Shown one piece after another: positions 19,938 through 30,014 of a DNA stretch of 64,000 bases. Under the pieces are notes generated by a model, which ran no database searches, was not told the origin of the DNA, and saw nothing but the letters and a program-made list of their open reading frames with translations. The translations under genes were made by a program, and so were the position numbers. The stretch is from Gammaproteobacteria bacterium (GTDB lineage: Bacteria; Pseudomonadota; Gammaproteobacteria; DSM-16500), in assembly GCA_013286085.1 (NCBI GenBank), contig JABDGK010000003.1, positions 19,115 to 83,114 of the forward strand. The letters run 5' to 3'. The first letter of the stretch is position 1; each line of letters starts with the position of its first letter.

Positions 19938-20095
19938 AAGAGTTAATTTTTTTCATTCTTTTTTAAAAAATCTTTTGCATTTTATTTTAAAAACGAATAC
20001 CTTACTCGACCTAGTGATTAGTAACCGTAACGGTTCAAAGCAGTAGAGAACCGCAAGTTACTAGGCGATTTTTTGCACAAAACATGGTGACAGTT

Positions 20096-20171
20096 GGGTG
20101 CTTAGCTCAGCTGGGAGAGCATCGCCCTTACAAGGCGAGGGTCGTGGGTTCGATCCCCTCAGCACCCACCA
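20096..20171 (+). tRNA. tRNA-Val(TAC)
   Basis: 76-nt cloverleaf, anticodon TAC, CCA. Confidence 0.97.
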
Positions 20172-20214
20172 TATTTAAGGATCTAGATACGTGATATATC
20201 TGGGTTTAGCTTCA

Positions 20215-20291
20215 GGAGTGGTAGTTCAGTTGGTTAGAATATCGGCCTGTCACGCCGAGGGTCGCGGGTTCGAGTCCCGTCCACTCCGCCA
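20215..20291 (+). tRNA. tRNA-Asp(GTC)
   Basis: 77-nt cloverleaf, anticodon GTC, CCA. Confidence 0.97.
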
Positions 20292-20298
20292 TCAACAC

Positions 20299-20334
20299 AA
20301 AAGGTGTGTCTTAAGCAAGATACGCCTTTTTTTA
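20299..20334 (+). terminator. Intrinsic terminator after the tRNAs
   Basis: aaaaggtgtgtctt-aagc-aagatacgcctttttttt. Confidence 0.8.
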
Positions 20335-20362
20335 TAGTTAACGATTTAATGAGACTACCGTT

Positions 20363-22264
20363 ATGCTACAAAGCATTCGCGATCGTACACATGGATGGAT
20401 TGCTGGAATTATCATCTCGTTAGTAATACTTTCATTCGCTCTCTGGGGAATTCATAGTTATTTAGAGGGTGCGGGTACTTCTGATGTTGTTGCGAAGGTA
20501 AATGACAGTGAAATCACAAAGCGTCAACTAGCGGCTGCTTATGAGCCATTACGCAATCAAGTCCAAATAGCAACGAATACCAGCATCTTACCTGAGTCTG
20601 TTGAAGCAGGCTTAAAGCGCCGTGCGTTAGACTCATTAATTGGCGTGCAAGTTTTAAAGCAAGCATCTGTTTCACAACATTTCCGTGTTTCTGAGCTGCA
20701 AGTTGAAATGTATATGCAAAGAATGCAAGAGTTTCAGGTCGATGGCCAATTTTCATTGCCGCGTTTTAAACAATTATTAGCCAGTAACTCGTTATCAGTG
20801 GGTGAGTTTCTACAGTTAATTCAAAATACATTATTGATTGATCAACCCAAAGCGGGCATCGTACTAACATCATTTGCATTACCAAATGAAGTAGATAGTA
20901 CTGTGGCGCTCTTGAATCAAGAACGGGATATTGCCTATTTGATATTACCACGCACATCTTTTTTGAAAGATGTGTCTGGTGTAACAGATGCTGAAATTAC
21001 AACCTACTATCAACAGCATCAAGATCAATTTAAGACACCAGAGCAGGTTAGTATTGACTATCTTGAGTTATCAACTAAAGCATTAGCAGCAGACGTGCAT
21101 CCATCTGCAGATGAATTAAAAAACTATTATAATGATAATATTGCTACGTATACGCTACCTGCAGAATGGAAATTAGCGGAAATTTTAGTACCCGTTGCTG
21201 AGCAAACGACTGAAGCGGAAATTAAAAAAGCACAACAAAAAATTACCGAACTACAGATGAAATTAACGAGCGGTACTGCTTTTGAAACGCTTGCTCATAC
21301 GTACCCTGCAGGTGATGCCAATAAAGATTGGGTGACGTTAAATCAAATACCTGCTGACCTTCAAAAAATAGTCGCCTCATTAACTAAAAAAGATGCGGTA
21401 AGTGAACCCGTTAAAGTTTCTAAAGGTTTGATGTTAGTCAAAGTGATTGATACCAAGCCTGCGCAAGTTCAATCCTTTGAACAAGTCAAAGATAAAGTAC
21501 TTGATGCTCTAACAAGACAGAAAGTACAAGAAAAATTTGCTGAGACAAAAGAAAAATTAGCCAGCCTAGCCTATGAGCATCCAGATTCACTAGATACGGC
21601 GGCAAAAGCATTAAATTTAACAACCAAAACATCGCCATTATTTACCAAAGATAAAGCCACTGCGGGTGATATTAGCGACAATAAAAAAGTTCGTGAGTTA
21701 GCATTTTCAAACGACGTATTAACATCACAAAACAATAGTGATGTATTGCAATTAACACCTGATAGTGTGGTTGTTATCAGAGTGAAGTCACATATCCCGG
21801 CTTCAGTAAAACCACTGGAAGCTGTCAAGGTGGATGTCGTGGCAAAAATACAAGAAGATAAAGCAGAACAAAAAGCTACTGTTTTAGCGCAAGAAATTAA
21901 ACAGAAATTAATTGACGGTGTTTCTGCTGAAAAAATAGCACAAGACTATCATCTCGATTGGAATAAAGTCGGGTTTATTGGTCGCAATGATAAAAAGGTA
22001 GATGCAGTGATACTGAATACAGCGTTTACTTTGCCACATTACCAAAAAGATGCTCATCCATCCTATGGCACAGTAAAAACACCTACCGGCTATGCTGTCG
22101 TTGCAACATTATCAGTACGTGATGGCCAAATGAATACAGTGAAACCTGAGCAGCGTGAAATGTATACTGATCAAGTTCAAAATACCAATGGGTTGCTAGA
22201 ATATAAGCTATACGAACAAAGCTTGGTACATCAAGCTAAAGTTAAAATTACGGGTGAATTATAA
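20363..22264 (+). CDS. ppiD: PpiD periplasmic chaperone
   Basis: MLQSIR..N-terminal TM, SurA-N-like and parvulin-like regions; syntenic with lon-hupB. Confidence 0.9.
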   Translation: MLQSIRDRTHGWIAGIIISLVILSFALWGIHSYLEGAGTSDVVAKVNDSEITKRQLAAAYEPLRNQVQIATNTSILPESVEAGLKRRALDSLIGVQVLKQASVSQHFRVSELQVEMYMQRMQEFQVDGQFSLPRFKQLLASNSLSVGEFLQLIQNTLLIDQPKAGIVLTSFALPNEVDSTVALLNQERDIAYLILPRTSFLKDVSGVTDAEITTYYQQHQDQFKTPEQVSIDYLELSTKALAADVHPSADELKNYYNDNIATYTLPAEWKLAEILVPVAEQTTEAEIKKAQQKITELQMKLTSGTAFETLAHTYPAGDANKDWVTLNQIPADLQKIVASLTKKDAVSEPVKVSKGLMLVKVIDTKPAQVQSFEQVKDKVLDALTRQKVQEKFAETKEKLASLAYEHPDSLDTAAKALNLTTKTSPLFTKDKATAGDISDNKKVRELAFSNDVLTSQNNSDVLQLTPDSVVVIRVKSHIPASVKPLEAVKVDVVAKIQEDKAEQKATVLAQEIKQKLIDGVSAEKIAQDYHLDWNKVGFIGRNDKKVDAVILNTAFTLPHYQKDAHPSYGTVKTPTGYAVVATLSVRDGQMNTVKPEQREMYTDQVQNTNGLLEYKLYEQSLVHQAKVKITGEL

Positions 22265-22331
22265 AATTTAAAGATGAGTGTGTAGCCACAAAAAAAAATA
22301 CTCGACACAAGCTTATTACGAGTAAATTATT

Positions 22332-22778
22332 ATGATGAGTGGAATTCTAGTAATCACGCAAGCCATGGCCAGTCAAAATACAGTGGGAGTCGAGTATACT
22401 GAAAATGCGTTGCAAGAATTAAGCGATCAGTGTGAGCAATTAATTAGCGCAATTGCCAACCTAAATCAGTTAGAAGATGAATATGATGCGCATTTTGAAC
22501 AACCCCAACTATTTGAACAAAAGGCGAAAAAATTAAAGTTATTTGAGAGTGTTACTACACCATTACTGCCTGATTTGGGATTAAGAAAAAATATACAAAA
22601 AGAGAAAGAGCGACTACAAGAATTGCACTACAGTTTTTTATATGAATTGTGGGGGTTTCCTGAAGGCCTAAAAAAACATACCCAATATATTGCTGTAAAA
22701 AATAGATATAATGAAGAGATTGCCTATCACTTCCGCGCGGAAGAATCCCATGTGGTAACAGCTAATAAGCTAAGATAA
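22332..22778 (+). CDS. Helical hypothetical protein
   Basis: 148-aa ORF filling the gap; no motif recognised. Confidence 0.6.
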   Translation: MMSGILVITQAMASQNTVGVEYTENALQELSDQCEQLISAIANLNQLEDEYDAHFEQPQLFEQKAKKLKLFESVTTPLLPDLGLRKNIQKEKERLQELHYSFLYELWGFPEGLKKHTQYIAVKNRYNEEIAYHFRAEESHVVTANKLR

Positions 22779-22900
22779 ACCTGCCCACTTCGTCGTCCTG
22801 AAAAACCTTACGCTCACCACATCCATAAGTGGAGAACACAACGTTCAAGATACGCTACTATTAATACTGCGCAGTTAGGAAGCCAAATAAGGCGTTAAAT
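22776..22900 (+). repeat. Internally deleted copy of repeat family B
   Basis: Left arm gtcgtcctgaaaaaccttacgctcac joined to atccataagtggaga..aacgttcaagata..ctactattaatactg..gttaaat. Confidence 0.88.
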
Positions 22901-22921
22901 CAAAGTCTGAACTATTCCACT

Positions 22922-23266
22922 TTAGACTTTCTTGACAAATTGCGACTTCAATTTCATGGCACCAATACCATCCACTTTACAATCGATATCGTGATCACCT
23001 TGAATAAGGCGAATATTCTTAACCTTGGTTCCTACCTTCACAACTAATGACGAGCCTTTTACTTTTAAATCTTTAATTACCGTTACAGTATCGCCATCTT
23101 GAAGTAGATTTCCATTCGCGTCTTTGATTGTTAGCGCGTTTTCTGTAGTGGTAGATTCTTCAGCTGTGTTTTTCCATTCATATGCGCATTCGGGACAAAT
23201 AAGCAATTCATTATCTATATAAGTGTATTCTGAATTGCATTTCGGGCACGTTGGTAAAGACTTCAT
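22922..23266 (-). CDS. yjdM: PhnA/YjdM zinc-ribbon protein
   Basis: [31 protein letters not shown]. Confidence 0.92.
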   Translation of the reverse strand: MKSLPTCPKCNSEYTYIDNELLICPECAYEWKNTAEESTTTENALTIKDANGNLLQDGDTVTVIKDLKVKGSSLVVKVGTKVKNIRLIQGDHDIDCKVDGIGAMKLKSQFVKKV

Positions 23267-23303
23267 TTTTTACTCATGTATTTTTGAATATATAGGAAAT
23301 AGA

Positions 23304-23334
23304 ATAAAACCCTGTGGCTAGATAACCACAGGGT
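23304..23334 (-). terminator. Intrinsic terminator of the small secreted gene
   Basis: accctgtgg/ccacagggt stem followed by a T-run on the minus strand. Confidence 0.6.
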
Positions 23335-23346
23335 AGGGATAAAAGA

Positions 23347-23568
23347 CTATCCAATTAAAGTAGGGTTTAGTGTTGCGGTAGTGATACTGCGTGAAATATC
23401 TTGGCCGCCATACACAATAGCAAAGCTACCTTTATTGGAGGTGCTCGCTTTGTGGACATTTAAAATGGACTTTGCAAGAGCAGTTGCATCTAAAGAACCA
23501 GCATTCCCTGCAAACACATTAGAAGCAATGAGCAGAGTGCCTATCACCAAAAAAGCCATCTTTCTCAT
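23347..23568 (-). CDS. Small secreted hypothetical protein
   Basis: MRKMAF...VFA signal peptide; AAGGAG RBS before ATG 23568. Confidence 0.65.
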   Translation of the reverse strand: MRKMAFLVIGTLLIASNVFAGNAGSLDATALAKSILNVHKASTSNKGSFAIVYGGQDISRSITTATLNPTLIG

Positions 23569-23693
23569 ATTTTCTCCTTTGAACAAAAGTTGGTACTAGT
23601 GAAGCTAGGGTCATTATACTAAAATAATATACAGATACAAAGGGTTATTTAAGATTAATAGGCTATTTTATCTGTTCAAAAAAAATATCAGAA

Positions 23694-23723
23694 GCAGGGT
23701 GGACAAAGCGCAGTGTGTCCACC
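23694..23723. repeat. GTAG-type REP (GTAGGGTGGACAAAGCGCAGCGTGTCCACC family), single
   Basis: Near-identical to copies at 24576, 31384, 37933, 46917, 58604, 59687, 60999. Confidence 0.88.
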
Positions 23724-23728
23724 GTTTT

Positions 23729-24526
23729 TTATTTAACTTCTTCTTCTAAATCCATAGGAGAAATGCAATGAAACCCAGCATCGACATGCAGTATTTCACC
23801 CGTAATACCCGAGGCTAAATCCGAGCATAAAAATGCGGCAGCATTACCCACTTCTTCTGTAGTCACATTTTTACGCAGTGGAGAAGTTTTTTCATTGAAA
23901 GAAAGCATTTTACGGAATTTTTTAATACCGGCTGCTGCGAGAGTACGAATGGGGCCGGCAGAGATGCCATTTACGCGTATCCCTTTAGGACCTAAGCTAG
24001 CCGCTAAATATTGTACGTTGGCCTCCAGGCTCGCTTTAGCAACCCCCATGACATTGTAAAAAGGTACGGCTTTTTCTGCGCCAAAATAGGTAAGAGTGAT
24101 AATAGAACCATTACGTCCCGCCATCATTTTATAGCCGGCTTTAGCAAGGGCTGCAAGGCTATAGGCGCTAATATCGTGGGCAATACGAAACCCTTCACGA
24201 TTCACAGCATCTAGATAGTCACCTTCTAATTGATCTGCAGGGGCATAAGCAACAGAATGGACAATGATATCCAAACCATCCCAGTGCTTTTCAAGCGTTT
24301 TAAACAGGTCTTGAATCTGTTCATCACTGGCAACATCACAAGGAATGGTTGCAACCGCATTCCAGTTTTTTCCCATGTCTTCAACGCGACTTTTTAGCTT
24401 ATCTCCCTGATAGGTAAGAGCTAATGTGGCGCCTTGTTTATGCATAGCTTCTGCAATTCCCCAGGCAATAGAACGGTCGCTTGCGAGCCCAACAATTAAT
24501 ACACGTTTACCTTGTAAAAAACCCAT
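23729..24526 (-). CDS. fabI: Enoyl-ACP reductase
   Basis: [27 protein letters not shown]. Confidence 0.97.
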   Translation of the reverse strand: MGFLQGKRVLIVGLASDRSIAWGIAEAMHKQGATLALTYQGDKLKSRVEDMGKNWNAVATIPCDVASDEQIQDLFKTLEKHWDGLDIIVHSVAYAPADQLEGDYLDAVNREGFRIAHDISAYSLAALAKAGYKMMAGRNGSIITLTYFGAEKAVPFYNVMGVAKASLEANVQYLAASLGPKGIRVNGISAGPIRTLAAAGIKKFRKMLSFNEKTSPLRKNVTTEEVGNAAAFLCSDLASGITGEILHVDAGFHCISPMDLEEEVK

Positions 24527-24575
24527 AATAGTTCCTTGTATCCTATGTTGTTTTAGATGGCGGGCATTCTATCAT

Positions 24576-24620
24576 GAATCGTAGGGTGGACAAAAGCGCA
24601 GCGTGTCCACCCTACGATTC
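24576..24620. repeat. GTAG-type REP hairpin
   Basis: gaatcgtagggtggaca..tgtccaccctacgattc. Confidence 0.9.
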
Positions 24621-25816
24621 TACGTTTCCTCATTTTCTACTGGTAATAATGCCGCTTCAGAATGAATCCCGTCTAGTTCTACTTTTTCAATTTGCCCAAA
24701 ACGAGCGCTGATTTTTTTTGCGGAAATATGTACTTGATCGACTTCTGTATGCGCTTTAGCAATATGACGAGCGACATCGTCCATGCGTTTTTGAAAACGA
24801 TTAAAATCATTTGCCAATAAACGCAAATGATCTTGAATGATATTTAATTGCTGCCGTGTTGCCGTATCTTTTAATACTGCTCGTGCGGTAGTTAGGATAG
24901 CCATCATGGTAGTAGGAGAGACCATCCACACTTTCGCGCGATGTGATGCGTCAACTAAATCTTGATGATGCGCATGGATTTCAGCAAACACAGCTTCTGC
25001 AGGGATAAACATCACGGCACCATCGGCTGTTTCACCTGGAATAATGTATTTTTCACTGATATCTTGAATGTGTTTGCGAATATCTTTTTTGAATTGCGTT
25101 TCAGCGAGCACCTTATCAACATCCGATACTTGAGTATCCGTCATTAACCGAAAATTCTCGAGCGGAAATTTCGCATCAATAACCATGTTGCCTGTTGGCT
25201 CGGGTAAAAACAAAATGCAATCGGCACGTTTATCATTGCTGAGTGTGTATTGAAAAGAAAAATGTTGCTCTGGTAAAACATTTCTAATTAAAGCGGATAG
25301 TTGTACTTCACCGAATGCGCCGCGTGAACGTTTATCATTGAGAATTTCTTGTAAGCTAACAACATTGGTAGAGAGTTCAGTAATTTTTTTCTGAGCGGCA
25401 TCAATCAATGCGAGACGTTTCACAACATCAGTGAATGTTTCAGTGGTTTTTTCAAATCCTTCTGCTAAGCGTTTTTCAACTTGTAGATTAATTTCTTTCA
25501 GGCGCGCATCCGTGGTTTGCGTCAATGCTTCAACACGCTTACCAACTTGATTCGCATAATCTGTTAGCGCCTCTTTGACATTTAAGCGCGTGTCGTAAAC
25601 ACCTTTTTGTAACGTATCTTGTAAAATCTTCAGCGCTTCCATCTGGCGTTCATCAAAACGTGATTTATGGTCACTGAGTGACTGTTGTTGCTGTAGCTGT
25701 GCTTCGTTAAGTTTTTGCACCACACTTTCTTTGAATTGATAACCAACTCGCTGCACAAATAAAATAATGGCGGTGGCGATAGCAAAAGCAATCAGTCCGT
25801 AAATCAGAAAAGGCAT
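24620..25816 (-). CDS. rmuC: DNA recombination protein RmuC
   Basis: RGAFGEVQL, IDAKFP, MFIPAEAVF, VSPTT. Confidence 0.95.
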   Translation of the reverse strand: MPFLIYGLIAFAIATAIILFVQRVGYQFKESVVQKLNEAQLQQQQSLSDHKSRFDERQMEALKILQDTLQKGVYDTRLNVKEALTDYANQVGKRVEALTQTTDARLKEINLQVEKRLAEGFEKTTETFTDVVKRLALIDAAQKKITELSTNVVSLQEILNDKRSRGAFGEVQLSALIRNVLPEQHFSFQYTLSNDKRADCILFLPEPTGNMVIDAKFPLENFRLMTDTQVSDVDKVLAETQFKKDIRKHIQDISEKYIIPGETADGAVMFIPAEAVFAEIHAHHQDLVDASHRAKVWMVSPTTMMAILTTARAVLKDTATRQQLNIIQDHLRLLANDFNRFQKRMDDVARHIAKAHTEVDQVHISAKKISARFGQIEKVELDGIHSEAALLPVENEET

Positions 25817-25819
25817 ACA

Positions 25820-26749
25820 TTATTCCTGTGTCACCACATAACGCGTGATCGGTTGAATAGTTTTAATTAAGCCATTTTTTTGCATAAACTGTGCAAAATG
25901 CAAAAAGGCGGGTTTATCTATCTTCGCTGGCTCTTTTGTAAAGTACGGTATTGTAGCAAACCAAGCGCGACGATTTAATTCATTATTTAATTCTGGATGG
26001 GTTTTTACAAAGATTTGCCATGTTTCTTCGGGATGTTTGCGCAAATATGAAACACCTTCAGTTAGCGCCATTAAAAACCGTGAATTGCGTGAATCGTTGG
26101 CCTTTGTTAGCTGTGATACAAAAACCAATTCGCTGTAGTTGGGCATCCCATTTTCTTCTGGATAAAACGCCCGGCCTGGCATGCCAGCTAATTCCATTTG
26201 AATCATTTCAAAATTTCGCATCATGCCAGTGACCGCATCGACTTTTTTGGCAAGCAGCGCCTGGGTTAAATCGTAATGAATATTTAATAAATTAACTGCA
26301 TTTAAATTTACACCATTTTTTTCTAACATAATTTTAACCGTTGCATTATTTTTTCCGCCACCGCTGTAGCCAATGGTTTTATTTTTTAAATCTTGAATGG
26401 ATTTGATAGGACCATTTTTTAAAACGACTAAACAACCAAGTGGTCTATTGATTAACGTACCGATCATCGTGAGCGGCAAGCCTTGATCAACCTGTTCTAA
26501 AAATTCGGGTTGATACGTAATAGCAATATCGGCTTTGCCAGCAGCGACTAATTTAGGTGGATCGGAAGGATCAGCAGGGCCAATTAACTCAACGTCTAAA
26601 TTCTGTTTTTTAAAAAACCCTTGTTGTTGCGCAACAAACAAAGGCGCGTGATCTGGATTTGCAAACCAATCTAACAGGACAATTAATTTATCAGTAGCAA
26701 ATAGATTGTTGCAAAAACATAGTAACAACAAAGCAAATATTTTTTTCAT
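25820..26749 (-). CDS. thiY: NMT1/THI5-like ABC substrate-binding protein (ThiY-type)
   Basis: LDWFANPDHAP, GMMRNFE; in a TPP-regulated operon. Confidence 0.85.
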   Translation of the reverse strand: MKKIFALLLLCFCNNLFATDKLIVLLDWFANPDHAPLFVAQQQGFFKKQNLDVELIGPADPSDPPKLVAAGKADIAITYQPEFLEQVDQGLPLTMIGTLINRPLGCLVVLKNGPIKSIQDLKNKTIGYSGGGKNNATVKIMLEKNGVNLNAVNLLNIHYDLTQALLAKKVDAVTGMMRNFEMIQMELAGMPGRAFYPEENGMPNYSELVFVSQLTKANDSRNSRFLMALTEGVSYLRKHPEETWQIFVKTHPELNNELNRRAWFATIPYFTKEPAKIDKPAFLHFAQFMQKNGLIKTIQPITRYVVTQE

Positions 26750-26753
26750 GTTA

Positions 26754-27497
26754 TTAATTCTCAGGTTGCCAAAAAACAGCAGCAGTTAATAATTTATTGA
26801 TAATGAAATACAATACCAACGAAAATAAAATGATAGTAAACAGTGCGGCAAACATAAGATCAATTTGCATGCGCGCATTCGCATTTAACATTAAGTAACC
26901 TAGTCCATGGCTCGCACCGACCCATTCACCAATAACAGCACCAATAGGCGCGATCGCTGTTGCAACGCGCAACCCTGACGCTAAAGAGGGTAATGCAGCA
27001 GGAATGCGAATAAACCAAAATATCCGCCATTTTTTTGCATTCATCGTCTTGGCTAAATCAAGCCAGCCGAGTTCCGTACGCTTTAAACCATCATGAAATG
27101 CACTCGTAATCGGGAAAAATAACATTAAAATAGTCGTAATAATTTTGGATGTTAACCCATAGCCAAACCAAATAACAAGTAGTGGCGCAATGGCAAAAGT
27201 CGGCAGCGCTTGACTAATTAATAATATTGGCAATATCCAGAGTGTCACAGGACGAAAAAAAGCCATCAGTAGTGCAGTAGAACAACCTAAAATAGTTCCC
27301 AATAACAAACCTAATAGTGTTTCTAAGAGAGTTGGTATCGCTTCATGCATAATGAGAATTCGATTGTGATACCACGCTTTAAAAACAGTTATCGGGTCTG
27401 GTAAAATATAGGGAGGTAATTGAAATGCGCTCACTAAAAATTGCCAAAATATAAATAATCCACTCAGTAAAATGATGCCACGAGTAAAAATATTCAT
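26754..27497 (-). CDS. thiX: ABC permease (ThiX-type)
   Basis: IWFGYG, PAALPSLASGLR, GAVIGEW. Confidence 0.82.
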   Translation of the reverse strand: MNIFTRGIILLSGLFIFWQFLVSAFQLPPYILPDPITVFKAWYHNRILIMHEAIPTLLETLLGLLLGTILGCSTALLMAFFRPVTLWILPILLISQALPTFAIAPLLVIWFGYGLTSKIITTILMLFFPITSAFHDGLKRTELGWLDLAKTMNAKKWRIFWFIRIPAALPSLASGLRVATAIAPIGAVIGEWVGASHGLGYLMLNANARMQIDLMFAALFTIILFSLVLYFIINKLLTAAVFWQPEN

Positions 27498-28285
27498 ATA
27501 CGTTCACCTTGTAAGCGAGTCAGCTCATGCAGCAACTTAATTTGTAACTCAATCAATCCTGATTCGCTTGGATCACGCGGTGTGGGTGTTGTTAAATCAA
27601 GTGGTGCATGCACTATCGCAGGATGTCCGGACATAATATAAATTTCATCAGACAGTCTTAATGCTTCCAGAGGGTCGTGTGTAATCAGTAAAACCGTACG
27701 ATTTTTTAATAGTTCCGCCGCTAAGGTTTGTAATTTGTAGCGTGTAATCGTATCTAATGCAGAAAAGGGTTCATCCATTAAAACAATGGGTTTGTTTTCA
27801 AAAAGAGTCCGTGCCAGTGCCACACGTTGTTTCATGCCACCGGATAATTCATTTGGTAATAAATTAGTAGCGTGATTTAAACCGACCTGCTGAAGAATTA
27901 ATTCTGCTCGTTTTGTATCATCCGATGTTAATAAACCTCGCAAGCGTGCGCCAAGCAAAACATTATCACGTGCTGTTAACCAGGGTAGCAGTAAATCCGC
28001 CTGCGCCATGTAAGCAACTTGTGCTGATATTGCGATGTTATTATTACATGTTATTGCCGCACGAACTGTCGTGTTTTCTCGTTTTGCTATTTCGGGTGTA
28101 ATAAGATTCGCAATTAAACGCAGTAGCGTACTTTTCCCAATGCCGCTGGGACCCAGCAAGCTTGTGATTTTTCCGGCGGGTAATACAAAATTTAAATTAT
28201 CAAATAAAACAGTATCACGAAATGCAAGGAAAGCATGTTTGATATGAATCGAGGGTGCTATCAATTGGCTATTTAACATGGTCAC
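27494..28285 (-). CDS. thiZ: ABC ATPase (ThiZ-type)
   Basis: GPSGIGKST, LSGGMKQR, DEPFSALD; start may be ATG 28279. Confidence 0.85.
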   Translation of the reverse strand: MTMLNSQLIAPSIHIKHAFLAFRDTVLFDNLNFVLPAGKITSLLGPSGIGKSTLLRLIANLITPEIAKRENTTVRAAITCNNNIAISAQVAYMAQADLLLPWLTARDNVLLGARLRGLLTSDDTKRAELILQQVGLNHATNLLPNELSGGMKQRVALARTLFENKPIVLMDEPFSALDTITRYKLQTLAAELLKNRTVLLITHDPLEALRLSDEIYIMSGHPAIVHAPLDLTTPTPRDPSESGLIELQIKLLHELTRLQGERI

Positions 28286-28380
28286 TTCTACCTACGCCGG
28301 CATTATCCGGATCAGGTTGGTTGTAAAGGGTCGTTCTGAAATAAGAACCTCTCAGTCCCTGATGGGACTCCCCTGAGTGC
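28283..28380 (-). ncRNA. TPP riboswitch
   Basis: Minus strand ggggagtc..ctgagag..gaccc..aacctgatccggataatgccggcgtagg directly upstream of thiZXY. Confidence 0.95.
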
Positions 28381-28515
28381 AAGGGCAGACTATAGGAGTT
28401 TTAGGTTTTTTATGCAAGAGATTTGTTAATTTCACTCCTAACTTGCTCATTATAAATAAGAATAATTTTACTGAGCCAACAGAGTATACTTATAAGAATA
28501 ATAAAGGTAATTAAT

Positions 28516-29928
28516 ATGTTTTTCCGAAAAGCAGATGATCCGGTGAGTGAGTTAAATGCTATTCTACAGGCATATCAAACTGTAGCCGGTTCGAATCCAC
28601 AAAAACTACGAGGAAAAATTTCCCCAACCGAGGTTTGGCGTTTTTTTATTGATGGTTTTCGGCAGCGAAATGTGCGCGATTTAAAATCTGCGGCCGTCTT
28701 CAAAAAGCCATTATTTTATATTCATAACCCTTTGGATATTACAGTCAGTCACTATATAACGACTGTGGAAAAAATCGATATTAAGAAAGCGGAAACGAGT
28801 CATGTAGTAAACATGATAAAACAGTATTTCGGCTGGTCGTTATCGGATGAACAAATTGAACAGCTCACCTTACAGAATTTATTAGATTTGGATCGTGGTT
28901 GGTTTCCCTATGAGTTAAATGAACAGGGATATTTAAAAGCGATGCATCATGGTTTTTCAGTTATTTTTGATTTTTCTCACGATCTTAATCTTGATTTTAT
29001 CAAATTACTGCATGTGATGGTAACGAATGGAGTGAGCGGTACCTTGTTTGATTCTGCGGAACAAAAAACAGGGGAGTTTCGTCAGGAAAGTGATACCGGT
29101 CCTCGTATTACTTATCATTCTAAAGCGGGTGTGAAAAGTTTTGTATCTCAGATGAGAGATAACAACGAAGCTTATAAAGATATGAGTATTATTTTCAATT
29201 TTTATAACAAATTTATTTTTGACATTAATAATACTGTCTTACGCTTGGTTCTTAGCAAAGAATTTCAAGACAGTGATAATGAAACAAAAAGAATTAAACT
29301 ATTATCTTTTTATAAGAACGCCGAGATTCCAGATCAAATTGAAGGCTTAATAGCTGAATTGATGTTGATAAAAAATGTGGATGATTTCTCTGAATTTTTA
29401 TCTACCTATATAAAAGAGCAAGATAAAACATTTCACATACATTTATTAAATAACCAATCAAATAAAGATACTAAAAAACTAGAGTTGCTTATTACTTTTT
29501 TATTAAATCGATATAAGAAATCGATTGCGGAATCAAAAAGCCCATTAGATAAATTAGTAGCGATCATTGATTTTATACAGGACTGCGAGCGCACACACCC
29601 CTTTATTGATGCAAATACTAGAACCTTTAGTATGTTGTTGTTAAACCGTCTTTTAATGAATAATGGATTTCCATTGGCTATGCTAGATAATCCGAATTTA
29701 TTTGGCTCTTTGCTAAGCCGTGAAGAATTGGGTGGTGAAATCATAACAGGAATGCAAAATACCTTTGATCTAATTAAGAATGGCTATTTGCAAGGTGTTA
29801 ATACGGATGAATTATTTGAGTTAATTCATTCAAAATCGAGCCTGGCAAAAAATGCGGATTACTTCCTGACTGTGTGTGAACTAGAAAGAAGAGAGCGGAA
29901 TCATGTCCCACGCCAGTATGGAGCGTAG
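28516..29928 (+). CDS. AnkX-like Fic-domain protein without ankyrin repeats, putative effector
   Basis: Fic motif HPFIDANTRTF plus EVWRFFIDG, GWFPYE, FIKLLH, GEFR, NPNLF, collinear with the recalled AnkX catalytic region. Confidence 0.8.
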   Translation: MFFRKADDPVSELNAILQAYQTVAGSNPQKLRGKISPTEVWRFFIDGFRQRNVRDLKSAAVFKKPLFYIHNPLDITVSHYITTVEKIDIKKAETSHVVNMIKQYFGWSLSDEQIEQLTLQNLLDLDRGWFPYELNEQGYLKAMHHGFSVIFDFSHDLNLDFIKLLHVMVTNGVSGTLFDSAEQKTGEFRQESDTGPRITYHSKAGVKSFVSQMRDNNEAYKDMSIIFNFYNKFIFDINNTVLRLVLSKEFQDSDNETKRIKLLSFYKNAEIPDQIEGLIAELMLIKNVDDFSEFLSTYIKEQDKTFHIHLLNNQSNKDTKKLELLITFLLNRYKKSIAESKSPLDKLVAIIDFIQDCERTHPFIDANTRTFSMLLLNRLLMNNGFPLAMLDNPNLFGSLLSREELGGEIITGMQNTFDLIKNGYLQGVNTDELFELIHSKSSLAKNADYFLTVCELERRERNHVPRQYGA

Positions 29929-29950
29929 CGCTGAGGTATCCCCAAGAACC

Positions 29951-29992
29951 AAGTCTGTCTTTCCCTCGAAGGCGGGAAAGACAGGCTTTTTT
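29951..29992. repeat. REP (TGTCTTTCCCGCGAAGGCGGGAAAGACA family) with T-tail, probable terminator
   Basis: Copies at 32772, 40183 (interrupted) and 53032. Confidence 0.85.
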
Positions 29993-30014
29993 CGATTACG
30001 TAGGGGTACACTTA

